Assembly (NCBI RefSeq): GCF_000150275.1
Contig: NW_002060945.1
Span: 5,487,101 to 5,551,100 of the forward strand
Source of the DNA: Trichoplax adhaerens
Taxonomy: Eukaryota; Animalia; Placozoa
DNA length: 64,000 nucleotides
Direction of reading: 5' to 3'
Below the pieces are notes generated by a model. It was not told where the DNA came from and ran no database searches. It was given only the letters and a program-made list of their open reading frames with translations. Every line of letters starts with the position of its first letter. Position 1 is the stretch's first letter. Below, piece by piece: positions 45,871-58,962 of the stretch. The translations under genes and the position numbers were made by a program.

Positions 45871-48332
45871 AGAAAAAATTGTATCCTATTTTTATATCTG
45901 TGTCATTTTAGAAATTATACAGTTTGTTACTTTCAATTATGTCAACTGCAGCCATTGTTAGTAATTGGTAAGGTCACGATATCTTCCCTGCAGTAATTCG
46001 CAATTTGGTGGTTGGTATACAAATCGCGATCTATAAAAGTGGTTATGATATTATACTTTAATTCGCGAAATTGATGATTACAACGTTCCCTCTTATTTTG
46101 GTCGAAATCATCATTGTCTTTCTCGTCGCTATTTAGTTGTTTGACAATTTATCCTTGCTATCATGGTTTTATTGGTAATGTTTCCGAAGAAATCACTAAT
46201 CTATATTCAAAATTGATTTTTAAGCTATTTTCTTGCACATGCACAATTGTATTTTAACGCATTCATTAATAATCTTATTATACTCTATTATCATGAAGAA
46301 TTTATGGCAATGATTGTAAAGCTATAATATCTTTCAACTGGAAAGCCAGAGCATAAACTATTGCTTTACTTGCTAACTCATGAAATTTCGAACAGTACTA
46401 AGTACTATCACTCTATAACTACATATATCATATTATTGACACATATTAAACAAATTTTTAGCTAACGTACCAATCTTAGAAGTTGCCAATTAAGGATTAA
46501 TTCGTTTATTACAATTCTATTCTATCTACTCTTGTACCCTGAATATTGATAAGATCGAAAATTGTCGTTTGACAAAGTAATGAAATTAATTTATTAGCTT
46601 GTTGAGGTTACAACCATATACGTATTGATCTTCGGACTGCCCTGTCTCCTATGATTTACATGAAATTCATGCAATTAATACTCAGATTCTAAGACTATTG
46701 CGTAAATAAATATCTTACCAACTATCGCTTTGCAAAAAAAAAGTAAAGGTGATTCGTTTACTTGGATTTACTGAACTCTTGTAGGTATTTAACGTTCCGT
46801 CTGTACAGTAAGTCAGTAGCGAATGATTTCGTAGGTAATGCATGTAAATACAAAGAAAGTTACTATGTGCTTTAGGAAGTAATGTTTCACAGGCTTTTAG
46901 AGCCTGTTAAATGAGTCTTAAAAAGTTGTTTGGGTTTGTACTTTAAGCTGCAGACGTGGTAGGTTCTGAGCTGTTTGTTGAGATTAGTACCGTATTTACT
47001 AAAAGAATTCCAGATAGAAACCATTGTGCTTTGATCGGTAACTTGCACAATTAAATGGATGGAATCGTTCTATCGTAAGGTTAAAACATGTTTACCATAA
47101 GCTTTCAAACTTTCCATCCCTAAAAATATATAATATCTACATATGCTATCTATCTATTGTAACATTATTCATGTTTGTATTAGTCTTTTCTTATTGTTAT
47201 GGCTATACCTACGCTTAGTATTTTTGAGAGACCTCCGCGACATACAACTATACTCGTATACATATTTTAGTCTAGGCGGCCGAAGCATAATAATACTCGT
47301 ATATATATACGCGTATGTAATCATCTTAAACATACACGTACAGTGTAATACAAGTGATTGATTATACCATATGATCTAAATTAACTCTATTTTATCGATA
47401 TCAATATTGCATGTAATAAGGCTAGGCAGCTCAAATCGTAACATGAGGACTTCTACATAAACAGATTAATGATGTATATACTTTTAGTTTAATTATAATG
47501 TATAATTAATCAGCATTATGTAATCTTTCATGTCTATACTAATAATTTATGTCATTTTTACAAGAATACGTTTGAAGATTGCATAGCATGATCACACACT
47601 AAACATTTTTATTAATTATCTCATACATTACGCTACATTGCACTGGTTATGTTTCATAACATAAATCTTTTTAAGTCAATAGACTAGCATACGCTCGGAT
47701 ACTGCAATTTTAGCGTCTAGTTGACTAAAATTTCATAATCCTTCATTTCCATACCAATAATTTATGTCATCGCTATTAATTCTATAGACGCAGACTATAC
47801 ACAAACATGCATACACATCTGTAGTTTTTACGGTAAAGTCGTCATCATAGAGGATTAAGATGTGCGTGTACGAATAAAGAGTTGTCGTGAACATTCCAAA
47901 TCAATCACCCCAATAAGTAACAAAAATAATATTATTAGCATATCACTCATCGTTCAAGTGCTACTCAATATATGATACAGTACTAATGTAGCAATATTGT
48001 ATATAACCTATTAACATATATACTGTATAGGCTTTTAAAGGTAATGAATGTATTTCAAAATATGTTCTATACAATGATCTACCATAATATACAAAGTTAT
48101 GGCATGAAAGAAGATAAGAATTAATTGCAATTTTGTAAGTTATTTTTCATAATTTTTTATCTGGTGAGTATGAATACACAAATTTTATCTTAAAAACATA
48201 AACTAATAGCATTGAATAAAACATCGTGGTATATATTGATCGTCATTTTCACTCTAATCCAGTGCATGCACATCCAACAGCAGGACAACAATACTTCACG
48301 TGAGAGTCAAATTGATATCCATAATAGTCCAT

Positions 48333-49526
48333 TTATCCGAATAGTAATAGGAGAAGTATTGTGACAATGTTGAGACCTATAAGGGGAACTTTTTTAAGAA
48401 AAAAACAGGAATAAGAATTGGTGTAGTTTGCCAATTCCAACTTTGCTACATTATACAAAGTAAGATCAACCATCTTTTCACAGTCGTTAACCATGTTAAG
48501 TATTAACACTGTAGTGGCTACAAGATTGATCGTATTTAGTCTATTTTTACATTTTAATCCTGCGTCTCTACTCCTATTTATGGTATATACGGGTAAAAGT
48601 ATACTACTGTACTGTATGTTTCAATTAACACCATCTGGGTAATAAATTACACTATTTGTCACTAAATTATTCAAAACGCTAACTGCATTATTCTTTGTAC
48701 TCACTTCTTAGTAATGTTTGCACTGATTTAATAACGTTCATAAGTTTACTCTTGACCCCTTCTTCTTCGCCATATCCTTGAGGTTGAGATGAGGACCAAC
48801 CGACTGAAATGATAGATCATTCTAGTTAGACAGTTATATCATCATTGTTCTTCATCATCTATTTGCCAGCAATTACTTTGTAAGGCAATCCAATGTTCAT
48901 CTATTGGCATGATGTATAATTGAATCAACGAGTACTACGTACTGTCTACTGACAGTTTAGGATATTGAATTGTCCAATACACAAAGCATCATTTACAGTA
49001 TAGTATTCTTTGTATGATGATAGATGTACCGTATTCATCAAGATTATCGTTCAATTATCGACTCCATCATCAATGAAATACTTTACCTTACAGTTCATTT
49101 AAGTCTACTTATATAGAACTAAAGTAGAAGTCTTGGCAAGTATTTGTATTGTAGACTAAAACGATTCGGTCAATTCGTCTACAGTATGATATCTGAAGTT
49201 TGTAGTCTGCTTGTATGTAGGATATTTAGAGCACTTTCAACATTGTATCATCCATCTTATTGCATCGTTTTCAATTGAAATACTATCCAACTTCTATCAA
49301 GTTATATCCACTCTACTTATGTTCAACTGATGAGTAAGGAGGAAGACTTTGGATTGACAGTTCTTTACAGTAGTTGGAAAGTGAATTCTACTCTCGTCAC
49401 AATACTGCACTGTGCATAGAATAACGGTACGATACCTTTGGCTAAAAATCGTTCTTCATTCAAGATAGCAATGGCATTAATACATAGCAGAGCCGCTTCT
49501 AACAAGGCGTATAAAGTGAAAGCCAT
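48333..49526 (-). CDS. IER3IP1: Immediate early response 3-interacting protein 1 (Yos1 family), 3 exons, 81 aa
   Basis: Exons 49436-49526, 48705-48803 and 48333-48388 give MAFTLYALLEAALLCINAIAILNEERFLAKVGWSSSQPQGYGEEEGVKSKLMNVIKSVQTLLRIPLIGLNIVTILLLLLFG*. Confidence 0.96.
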
Positions 49527-49754
49527 CGGTCTTTGATTAATCCAAGGCTTCTTCCTTCTTCCAGTTGTTGTCCTTGCCAATGGCAATGCTGGCTCAAATA
49601 TTGTAGTACAATTGTACAAGACAGGTTTAGCTACAAGCGCTACTAGACCAGTGCCTTCCATTTCACTCTAGCCCACAAAGCGATACTGTAGTTTCTATAC
49701 AAAAGTCTACTTTTCAGGGTTCCAGTTCATGTTCCAGCTCAGTTTTCAGGGTTC

Positions 49755-49985
49755 CTATACGGTACAGTACTGTACAGTGTACAGTGTACAGTATTTCCAG
49801 TATTGTACAGTACTGTACTGTGTGCACTAATTCCACAGTGAGCATGTCAGTTCTGTACAGTGTACTGTACAGTGTACAGTATTTCCAGTACTGTACTGTA
49901 CTGCGTGCATTAATTCCACAGTGAGCATGTCAGTACTGTACAGTGTACAGTACTGAACGCTCATATGTACTGTACACTGTACACC
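49755..49985. promoter_or_regulatory. TACAG/CTGTA cluster with an internal ~84-bp tandem duplication in the IER3IP1/USE1 divergent interval
   Basis: GTGTACAGTATTTCCAGTA...TAATTCCACAGTGAGCATGTCAGT.CTGTACAGTGTAC occurs twice, centred between ATGs 757 bp apart. Confidence 0.6.
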
Positions 49986-50282
49986 TGGATGATCAAACTC
50001 AACCCAATCTTGTCCTTTGGCTAAATGTTGGGGACTAACTGCAGCAAACACATTTCTATTAATAAATAAATAGAAGTAAAGGCATTAATTGCATTCCATA
50101 AAGGAATCGAAGTCGTGGATAGACTGTGTCGGTGATACGGCGCTACTCAGACTAAGTGCTATTATCTTATCGTAGGAAGAAATCCACCGAAGGATCATCT
50201 CTATTTTTGAAATTGATACAGACTGTGCAACAAGCTAAAACTAGGAAATCCTGAAAGTAGAAACGAGTTCAATAATCCAATC

Positions 50283-52446
50283 ATGGTTACCATGACTAGA
50301 ATAGAAATTGATTTTCAGCGTTTGCTATCACGTTGTGAAGCAATGGCATCAGAAATTACAAGAACGGATAAGCCAATTGACTGGAGACTAGAAAGGGTAA
50401 ATAGATCAATGTCGACAGTCGATAGACGTGGACTTGTCGTTATTCAAATAACAGTATCATGGTATTGTTGGTATTCTTCATTTATTCGTCGGTCAAGATA
50501 TTTGAAATAATTTTGTGCTGTAGTCGACTATCAAATACAATGCTGTTGTACATAGTACCTGCTATAAAGGAAATGAATACCATCAATCTCAACTAAGTGT
50601 AATTGACCCTTTGATTGTACTTTGTCATGTTGCAGTTTATCGATACGTTGTATAACAAGTATCTTGAATTAGAAAAATCCGGCAGGTAAGTTGAAATTCT
50701 TTTCGTTGATCAATGGATTATGTTAACGATGCCAACATGACGATACTGTAGTACTGTATAGTGAGTACAAGTATACACGTAGATGATCTCGTTCTTATTA
50801 GGCAATATGCTAAACGAGTTCAACTCTATCGTACTAAAGTGATCATCCACAAAAAACCATAGATACTGTAGCAGACTCTTGTAAGCTGTGCTGACGTAAA
50901 CAGTAACTGCGTAATATCTTACGAGAATAATTACTGTATAGCTACCACAATTCGATAGTCATTGCTATTAGCTAATATGCTGTAGGCTAAACAATAGTTC
51001 CGTCATAGTTATAAAATTACATTGCTACTTTAATCAATGAATGACTCAATCCTATCGATCGATACTGTTTACGTCTACCCTAATAAAGTTATCAATAATT
51101 CCACATAGCTACTCCGGACCTCAAAGTATCACTGATTATACTAAGAGAATGAATTTCTTGAAGTGTTATGTTGAAAATGAAAAGGTACTTGTAATAGTAT
51201 CATATGGTATGTTGTATGTGTACATGCGATACCAGTTCCAACTTTCAATGACTGTAGTTATTTTGACAGCATACCAGCTCCGATTATATAATTATGAATA
51301 CACGTGTTAAACTTGCACATAAGATACAGAAGCATATTAGATATGATACCGATATTGGTGATATTTCGCTACAGTTTATTCTCTTATATCATCATTTAAT
51401 TTTTACCATAATGCTGTCTTGATAGTCACGAAAAAGAACAAGTGAAATCGAACAACCGACTACAACAGCCCGATATCTACTTAACGGTGATAGTCATCCT
51501 GACGAAAATGGAAAGAATTTACACTATCTTGCAAGATCTAAATATCATAAAGATATGAAGGAGGAGTTATTTTCCAAAGTATGATACAATAGTATACCTT
51601 GATATAAACGCACTATAAATGATATCATTTTAATGCTGTTTGATTTTTGGTCATAGGACATCAAGAAAAAAAATCCATTACCAGGTAAGTACCAAGAATA
51701 GATATCTATAACAGTCATCTACTCATGTAAGTTTGATGACTAATTTAACTCTATATTGTATTTGGTAAAAAATGTTATCACTGAAAGGCCAAGAAGAAGC
51801 GTCATTAAGAAAGAGGTATGATTAATTTCATAAATACGTTACACGTATAGAACAAGTCGGTAGAAAGCGAATTTCTTTTATTAAGTGTGACACTATGTAG
51901 CCTCTCTACGCCATCACACGGATATTAACGACCTCCTAAACAATGATAACAGGTTACTGGGTGATGAAAACTCTACCGACGATAATGTTGATGACGATGC
52001 CTTATTAAAATACCACCGCGCCAATCATGAAAAGATAACTGAAGAAATGGCTGGTATGGCCAAGAGCTTAAAGCAAACTAGTTTACTAACGCGTGCTATA
52101 ATTCAAGAAGATAATAAGGTAATAATAAATGCATTCAATCACTGCAGATAACTGCTTTACAGTAACTATACTACTAGAATGTTTTGGTATCAATTCCTGG
52201 AATGGAGTCTGTTAGAATGAAGGTAAAGATGCTGCTTTCTTTTTTTCTCGGCGATGCCAGAATCTTCAATCAATAAATAAAACTGCTGATTCCAATTACG
52301 AAAGATTAAAGGTAGAATCTGACAGACTTTCAAAGCATGTAAAAAAGCCGTGCGCATGGTGGTTATGGATTATGCTGGCTTTTGTATGCTTTATATTCAT
52401 ATCTATGATTGTTTTCATTCGCATCTTTCCTAAAAGGCGTTATTAA
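50283..52446 (+). CDS. USE1: Vesicle transport protein USE1 (ER Qc-SNARE)
   Basis: N-terminus RIEIDFQRLLSRCEAMA...DWRLER; SNARE region LLKYHRANHEKITEEMAGMAKSLKQTSL...IIQEDNK..ADSNYERLKVESDRL; C-terminal TM WWLWIMLAFVCFIFISMIVFIRIFPK; TAA at 52444-52446. Confidence 0.95.
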
Positions 52447-53211
52447 GTTGTTAATATTGTATGATTTTTAATAATATGCTAGATCTACTAGCAGTATTGC
52501 ACTCAGTATCACAAATTTGATTTTGATAAAAAATGTTAAACGAGTTATATACTATATATTCCTGTACATTATTCCCAAAAAATATCACTACAATTTGTGC
52601 GATATCGAGTATACTAATTACGTATTCTGCAACGACAGACATAAATATATTACGACGAAAAGGATGTCTTCAATTTTTTTAAGCAGTAATATTCTATATA
52701 TCATACATTACGTGTTTATATATATTACGTATCACTATTAATCTAACGTATCTTGGCAATGATAATAATAACTGGACAAGGCGTAAATGAATTATTAGCA
52801 GCTTATTGTATTCGATTAAAAACTGCAGTAGATGTGCAGAAGCTTAAATATAGAATAAGGCACTCTAAAAAACAACTTACAATTTAGAAAATGAAGATGT
52901 CTTATCATCTTCGTATTAGGACAACATGGTACACAATAAAATCTTAAAATTTTTTCAATGTTAGAATATACAATTGATGCAGTGAAAAATAATAAAGCAT
53001 CTGATGCGTAATTATTGATATCGTCAATTCTGTTTTATTTTTCTCTCTTTTTATCTTCTCGAGCAACGGCAGACGTATCTAATTGCAAATAAAAAGTTGT
53101 TATGCAAATAGTATTCATAACAATTATTATAATCGTTGATGCCAATATGCACATATCGTATCTTAGTGAAAACAAAATTTTTGCAACATATACCTAGCTT
53201 CGCGTCAGATA

Positions 53212-54412
53212 CTAGCATGAGAAATGATCGTCAATAATCTGGCGTCGTTGTTTTAATATTTCTGCAGCATCTGCCACTTCTTGCTTGATCTATAATGCCA
53301 AAAATATTAATTATAAAACGAACGAATAACTACACACACCATTCTACCGTTATTATATACTGATTGAATGATGATTGTATTACAAACCTTCACTAAATCA
53401 TCCTTGCATTGATTGAGGTAGTAGAACTTCTCTTTCATTCTTTCGCTGCGTCCATCCGTTAAAGAATGATTAGTAGGACGCCTTCAGTACATAAAGTAAC
53501 AGGATTATTTACAAATACGATATTTAGTCTCATATCTTCATGAATATGACTGTATAGAATGTTTAATGAAAGAAAGTTTTTCCCTTCAAGTCAATTTTAA
53601 TTGAGTTAACAGAAGGCTTACCAAGCTTTTACACCTTTACGATCAGGAAAATGCTGATAAAATTGATTCTGTACTCTAACCAATTCTTTTAAAGCTAACG
53701 GAATTTCCTCTTCCTCTAACATAACTTGAAACTCGTCCTAACAATTGTCAATATTGGAATACAGATGTTTATTGCTTACAACTTGACAGGCTAACAGGCT
53801 GTATATATAATAGTGTCTAGTATTCACAATCATCCTACACCAACGTACCTATGTAATGTAAATACTTAGACTCCTTTCAAATTAGAAACAGATTGACTTT
53901 ATTCGCTATAAGTTATACGATAGACTCATTTAAAGCAGTATACAGTACTGTAAGACTTTCATCAAGAAGACTTGATCGGAAAACAAGATAACGTACATAT
54001 TATACAAACCTCCATAGACTTTTTCAGTTTTTCTAGGCATTGTTGTATAATTTCTAACGCAACTTCAGGTTTTGGATTGGAAGCATTATGCTTAGATTGA
54101 CGCCGATATAACTTGACACATTTAGCCCTGATCAATCCATTAACAAGGAATTATGTCGAGTTTGAATACATTCTAGCCTTCAACAAATTGTACTCTTTAC
54201 TACAAACTCAATTTGTGGTGATGAAATCGACTAAGTTCCATATTTTATTATCACTAGAACCACTTGTTATTGTCATTCCAACGATTTACCTGTCTATCAT
54301 TTACAATCATACACAATTCAATTTCCACTTACTGCGCTTTCTTGGTGGCATCTTCTACTGCTAAATTAAGAGCTTTACGCAAGTTGACCTCTCGCAAGTC
54401 TGCTGCATCCAT
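53212..54412 (-). CDS. PMF1: PMF1/Nnf1-like kinetochore MIS12-complex subunit
   Basis: Five phase-consistent exons: MDAADLREVNLRKALNLAVEDATKKAQ.., ..LEKLKKSME|DEFQVMLEEEEIPLALKEL..KGVKAW|RPTN.., then a coiled-coil C-terminus. The (E/D)F..xEE..L..L and AWRP pattern and ~160-aa size fit the Nnf1/PMF1 family. Confidence 0.7.
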
Positions 54413-54494
54413 CTTGTTCTCACTATTATAATACGCGCCACTGCGGTTCGGCTAGTAACCGCTCATGCGTATTAAACAACAGGTGAGACTCCTT

Positions 54495-54640
54495 ACAGTA
54501 CAGTACTGTACACTTGTACAGTATATTACTACAGTATACAATACACTACTGCGCAGTCAAATTAACTCACAAGTACAGTACGTACTGTATACGAGCGAGG
54601 TATCTACTGTACAGTACAGTACAGTACAGTACAGTGTTAT
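54495..54640. promoter_or_regulatory. TACAG/CTGTA cluster just upstream of the PMF1-like ATG
   Basis: TACAGTACAGTACTGTAC and (TACAG)5 at ~54610-54635, 80-220 bp from the start codon. Confidence 0.5.
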
Positions 54641-55074
54641 TTTTGGCAGAGGAAACCTTAGAGCTTTCGGATCCTCTTGGGGATTGAGGTTTCTTAAAGA
54701 CGTTTGTGGCTTTAATTAAAATGAAATTAAAATCGCAGTATATTAGTAAAGTGTACATGAACGTTTTAGTCTAAGTGTAGTAGTACTGTACTACTACTTT
54801 TAGAAAAGGAGACAACGTTTACTGCTATCATGGACAGGGTCATACAAAAATAAGTGCAGCAAGGTAGCAGCTGCTACACTCATTCTGAAAAGGTACAACG
54901 CAAACTACAGAGCACGTATTTCAACGAAATAATTCATGATTAGTATTCCAACTGATGATACATGGTAAGAAATAACTTTAGATTGACATTGTCTTGAAAA
55001 TTTGAACGTTTTGCACTTTGTGATATATACCCAATCACGAAATTCCAAATTTTAGAAAAATAAGTGCTTTATTG

Positions 55075-55443
55075 AATCTTATACAAAGATTAACTACACA
55101 CAGCTCTACCCTAGCCGAATGCTACTACTAAAGACTTCTAGAACGAACTAACAGAATAATCGAAAGTTGCATGCTTTTATACTTTTCGTAGCATTCGCAG
55201 CTACAATCTGCACGGCAACCTTTTACCTGATTTTACACATACTGTAGTTAAATTATTCTTAGTAACTCTACTCTACTGCGGACCATCATTAATCCGATAT
55301 GGATACGACTTCAGTATTTACGTAGACATTATTCACACCAGCCAAAGTACAATGAATTAACCATATCCGAATATATGATTTACAGTTCTATTTTTACCTA
55401 TAACCTTATTAGTAACTCAACACCTTACTGTATATAGTCATCT
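55075..55443 (+). repeat. Dispersed duplication, copy A (copy B at ~60985-61352, abutting the N gap)
   Basis: Shared ATACAAAGA.TA.CTACACA.AGCTCTAC, TTCGCAGCTACAATC, CCATCATTAATCC, CGTAGACATTATTC and TAACCTTATTAGTA.CTCAA.ACCTT.CTGTATATAG.CATCT. Confidence 0.88.
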
Positions 55444-56404
55444 GTACTCTAGCATAGAGTCTATACCACTACAGTCTATAGTTATGGCTACCAAATATCT
55501 CTTAGGATAAATATCTACCCTAGACTATACTAAACATGGCTAACAGTCTACAATCACAATACTAAGTTACATTACACACTTATATCTGTATGTTCACCTG
55601 ATGTAGGAATTATTCCCCAACTGGACCACTCTGTATGTATCGTTATTGCAACGCGTAGCGGTTTGAATGAATATTACTCGTATATTCCTGTGTATTGAGT
55701 TAATCGAGTAGAATTATAAGTTGCTTTCACTATTTAATAAAATATAAATGTAGACAGATACTTGTACTGGTACAGATATACTTTACATTTCTATTTTATT
55801 AAGTAAAGCAAATTCTATTTCTACTCAACTTTCTCCAGCTACTAAGCGCATAATTATCCATATTCTACAGCTTTAAGTTAAATCGATCTTGTTCTCGTTA
55901 GACCTAATACGGAATGCTCAATTCTTAAGCCTAACGTTAACAGATTTATTGGTAGCCAGTAATTGCTTTGTACATATACTGCTGATTCGGTACGGTACCC
56001 TAGCATGCACAGCGTTAAGGATTATAACCAATGCTTTAGCTGAATTATACAGCAGAATGTATAAGTCTTTATATCTCTATCGGTGGTTAGCTTACGTATA
56101 CAGAATGTTTCGAACTAGATATAATTAACATATACCACCGTTAAATATGATAGATCGTTCTATTCGATATATGCATGGATATGTGTACATTGTAGATGCA
56201 CATGATATATTCACTTATCCTTACGTATAAGTACCTTTAACTAAGACTACCAATTGTATTTTACTTCATAATCACGATAATTCGCAGTAATGTTAACAAA
56301 TATTTAAATTAGAGATAAAACAGACAGATAATGTAATCAATAATTAATATACATAACCAATCTTTCTTAGATTGGAAAGAAATCGTAACAAACACTAACT
56401 GAAA

Positions 56405-58463
56405 ATGGATAATTGTTCTATAAATAGCTATGAGATGGCTATAGAATCCTTGAATAAAGTCTCTACAGGTAGGAATATTTCATGCTTTATTACTGACTAT
56501 TGTATAGAGCGAGTACGATATACATATAAAATTTTAAATCTAGAAATTAACACTACCACGATATTTTTCGATTCTTTATTATAAAGTGAAATACTCTATT
56601 AATTATTTAACTAACCGTAAGCTATGCTTTATTTAAAATTCAACTATAAGATGACAACGAGGAAGGGAAATCAACGTTTTCTGAATTAACCACTCGTAAA
56701 ACAATCTATGGAATTATTATTATTCTTGGAACAGCTATCAGTTTCAGTCTTATTAACCAGTTTGGACAGCTTACAGTCTCAAGCGAGAGTAATTTCACTT
56801 CCATAACGTTATTTACTTGGTACGGTAGTAAAGCGTATAATTTTAACATATTGTACTAGCATTACATGTTACTGCAATAAGATGATACAATATACGTACA
56901 GTACGGTATTAAATAATAATAATAATATTCTCTCCAGCTTACTACACCATTATATTTATTCCCTAACATAATATTTTTTTAGCTATAAAATAATGATAAA
57001 GATATCGATATACAAACTTGTCATGTATTTGATAGATTAGATTGAGCATTGAAATTTTATAACTTTATTGAATTAATGACACTAATGTAAGTTACGGTAA
57101 TTAATCCAAATTTTAGGATTGCAACTTCAACTAATTCACTTGTTTTCCCACTCTACGCCATACTTTTAATGATTTTCAAGGGTGAAAACTTTGGCCAAAT
57201 CTATAGGTATCCACGGCAATATTTTATACGCTATATATTAATCCATTATTGAAATCACTAAACGCCTATTGATTAACTAAACTAGTTAGATAAACATATT
57301 ACAGACGTAGGAATACCTTCAGTTTATATCTTGTAGATACAATTTTTACTGACAAGCGACAATCAGCTAACCTTTATAATTACTTAAGCGACAGCAACAA
57401 GGCTTACATCACTTTTGATGTTTTGATATTATCTAGAGAATCAATTAAAATTTATCCACGTAAAGATATCAAGAAGACTTTTTGGTTACGCTTCCTACCT
57501 TTAGCAATACTCCTAAATATAGTTATTACATTAAATTTTTATCCTCTAAATTTTACTACCCCAACGAATGTTACAGCAGTTTTTTCGTCGGTACTTGCTA
57601 TGGTCTATATTTTATCTATTATATTTTTGAAAGAGCCGTTAATATTGCTTAGGGTAAATATATCATAATCATTACTCATAAACCATGACAGCAATAAGCA
57701 TAAATAGAGACAGAAATATAATACATAACTCTTAATTAGAATAATAATGCTTTATCCATAAAATAAGAATAACATTTTAAAAAATTATCAATTTTGTCAG
57801 GCATTAGCAGTATGCTTGTCTACAGGAGGTATTATACTCTTTGCGTATGATGATGGCTTTGGTTCTTTCGCAGCTCTTGGTGTTATTTTATCAACAATGT
57901 TTGCTTTCAGCGCAGCTTGTTTCCGCGTGAGTATTGATAATTCTAATTTAGTTATTTATCAATATTTGTAGATGTTTTATTTATTTTTTTAAAGTATAAT
58001 GTAATAAAAGATATATAATATTTGTTAGGTCTACGAAAAATTTTTTATCGGTGATGCATCATCAGTTCAAGGGGCAATGCTGTTGACGATTATTGGTATT
58101 ATTAACTTGTTGTTGGGATGGATATCCGTCATCATATTTCATTATACGGGAATTGAAAATCTTGTCTGGTCTCAAATTCCTTGGGAGCCTCTAATGATTA
58201 CAAATATATTAAATGTGCTATATAGCTGTTGTATAGTTATTGGAGTCGCCGTTACTTATCCAGTGTTTGTTTCGCTTGGCTCTCTCTTCGGAATACCAAT
58301 TAATGCAGTTATTGACGCGATCGTCCTCAAAGAATCATTTTCAGTATTGAAAATATTCGGTACAATATTACTTATAGCGGGATTTGTAATTTTATTAATA
58401 CCTTTGGAAAAGGCTAAATCTATATCCAAAAAAATAATTAACGTATTGATTTGTAGGTATTAA
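56405..58463 (+). CDS. SLC35F3/F4-like DMT-superfamily membrane transporter, 6 coding exons
   Basis: Spliced hydrophobic protein with ..TLFTWIATSTNSLVFPLY.., ..TNVTAVFSS..VYILSIIFLKE.., GIILFAYDDGF, PWEPL and GVAVTYPVFVSLG.LFGIPINAVID, collinear with SLC35F3/F4 motifs. Confidence 0.85.
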
Positions 58464-58879
58464 AAATCATAAAAGTGAATACAATTAGACTCTTATACCC
58501 TATACAGTATTCTGAATCAATGAATAATGTAGTTTAGGAATAACTGCCGACGAGTATCCAGTAGTAAGATATTCATATGTAATGGAAGTCATAAATAAAC
58601 TGATACTTCAGCTCCGATAGGTTAACTTTATAATACTTATAGCAACTGTTACAGATTTCTACAGATTTTTATCTATTGTTAGTAGCGCAATGTATTTAAA
58701 AGCTACTACGAACCTACTTCGCTTATTATTGTGCTTATTAATAGCTTAATTTTTTCGTAAATCTATATTTACACGTCACTGTTACGCTATCAAAATAACA
58801 TTACTTACTTAAGAATGATACACAGGATCTTGTTCACAAATGAGCCCATCTATAAAGGATTATTATTCATTATAATTAT

Positions 58880-58962
58880 AAAAAATTTCAATTTCTTGTT
58901 AGCACCTTTTGATTAACGTGCGTACAGTACATGAATTCAGTGATTCGACTTGATCCATTCAG
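58880..58962 (+). repeat. ~80-bp near-identical dispersed repeat (second copy ~60336-60418)
   Basis: AAAATTTCAATTTCTTGT...TTTGATTAACGTGCGTACAGTACATGAATTCAGTGATT.GACTTGATCCATTCAGT is present in both places. Confidence 0.9.

Noticed and set aside
49527-49661. In-frame N-terminal extension of IER3IP1 (MEGTGLV...)
   Set aside because: The family starts at MAFTL. The extension has no recognisable conservation and probably lies in the 5'UTR or upstream of the TSS.
57207-57437. U12-type intron in the SLC35F gene (donor GTATCC)
   Set aside because: The donor continues ACGG rather than TT, and there is no U12 branch motif near the acceptor.
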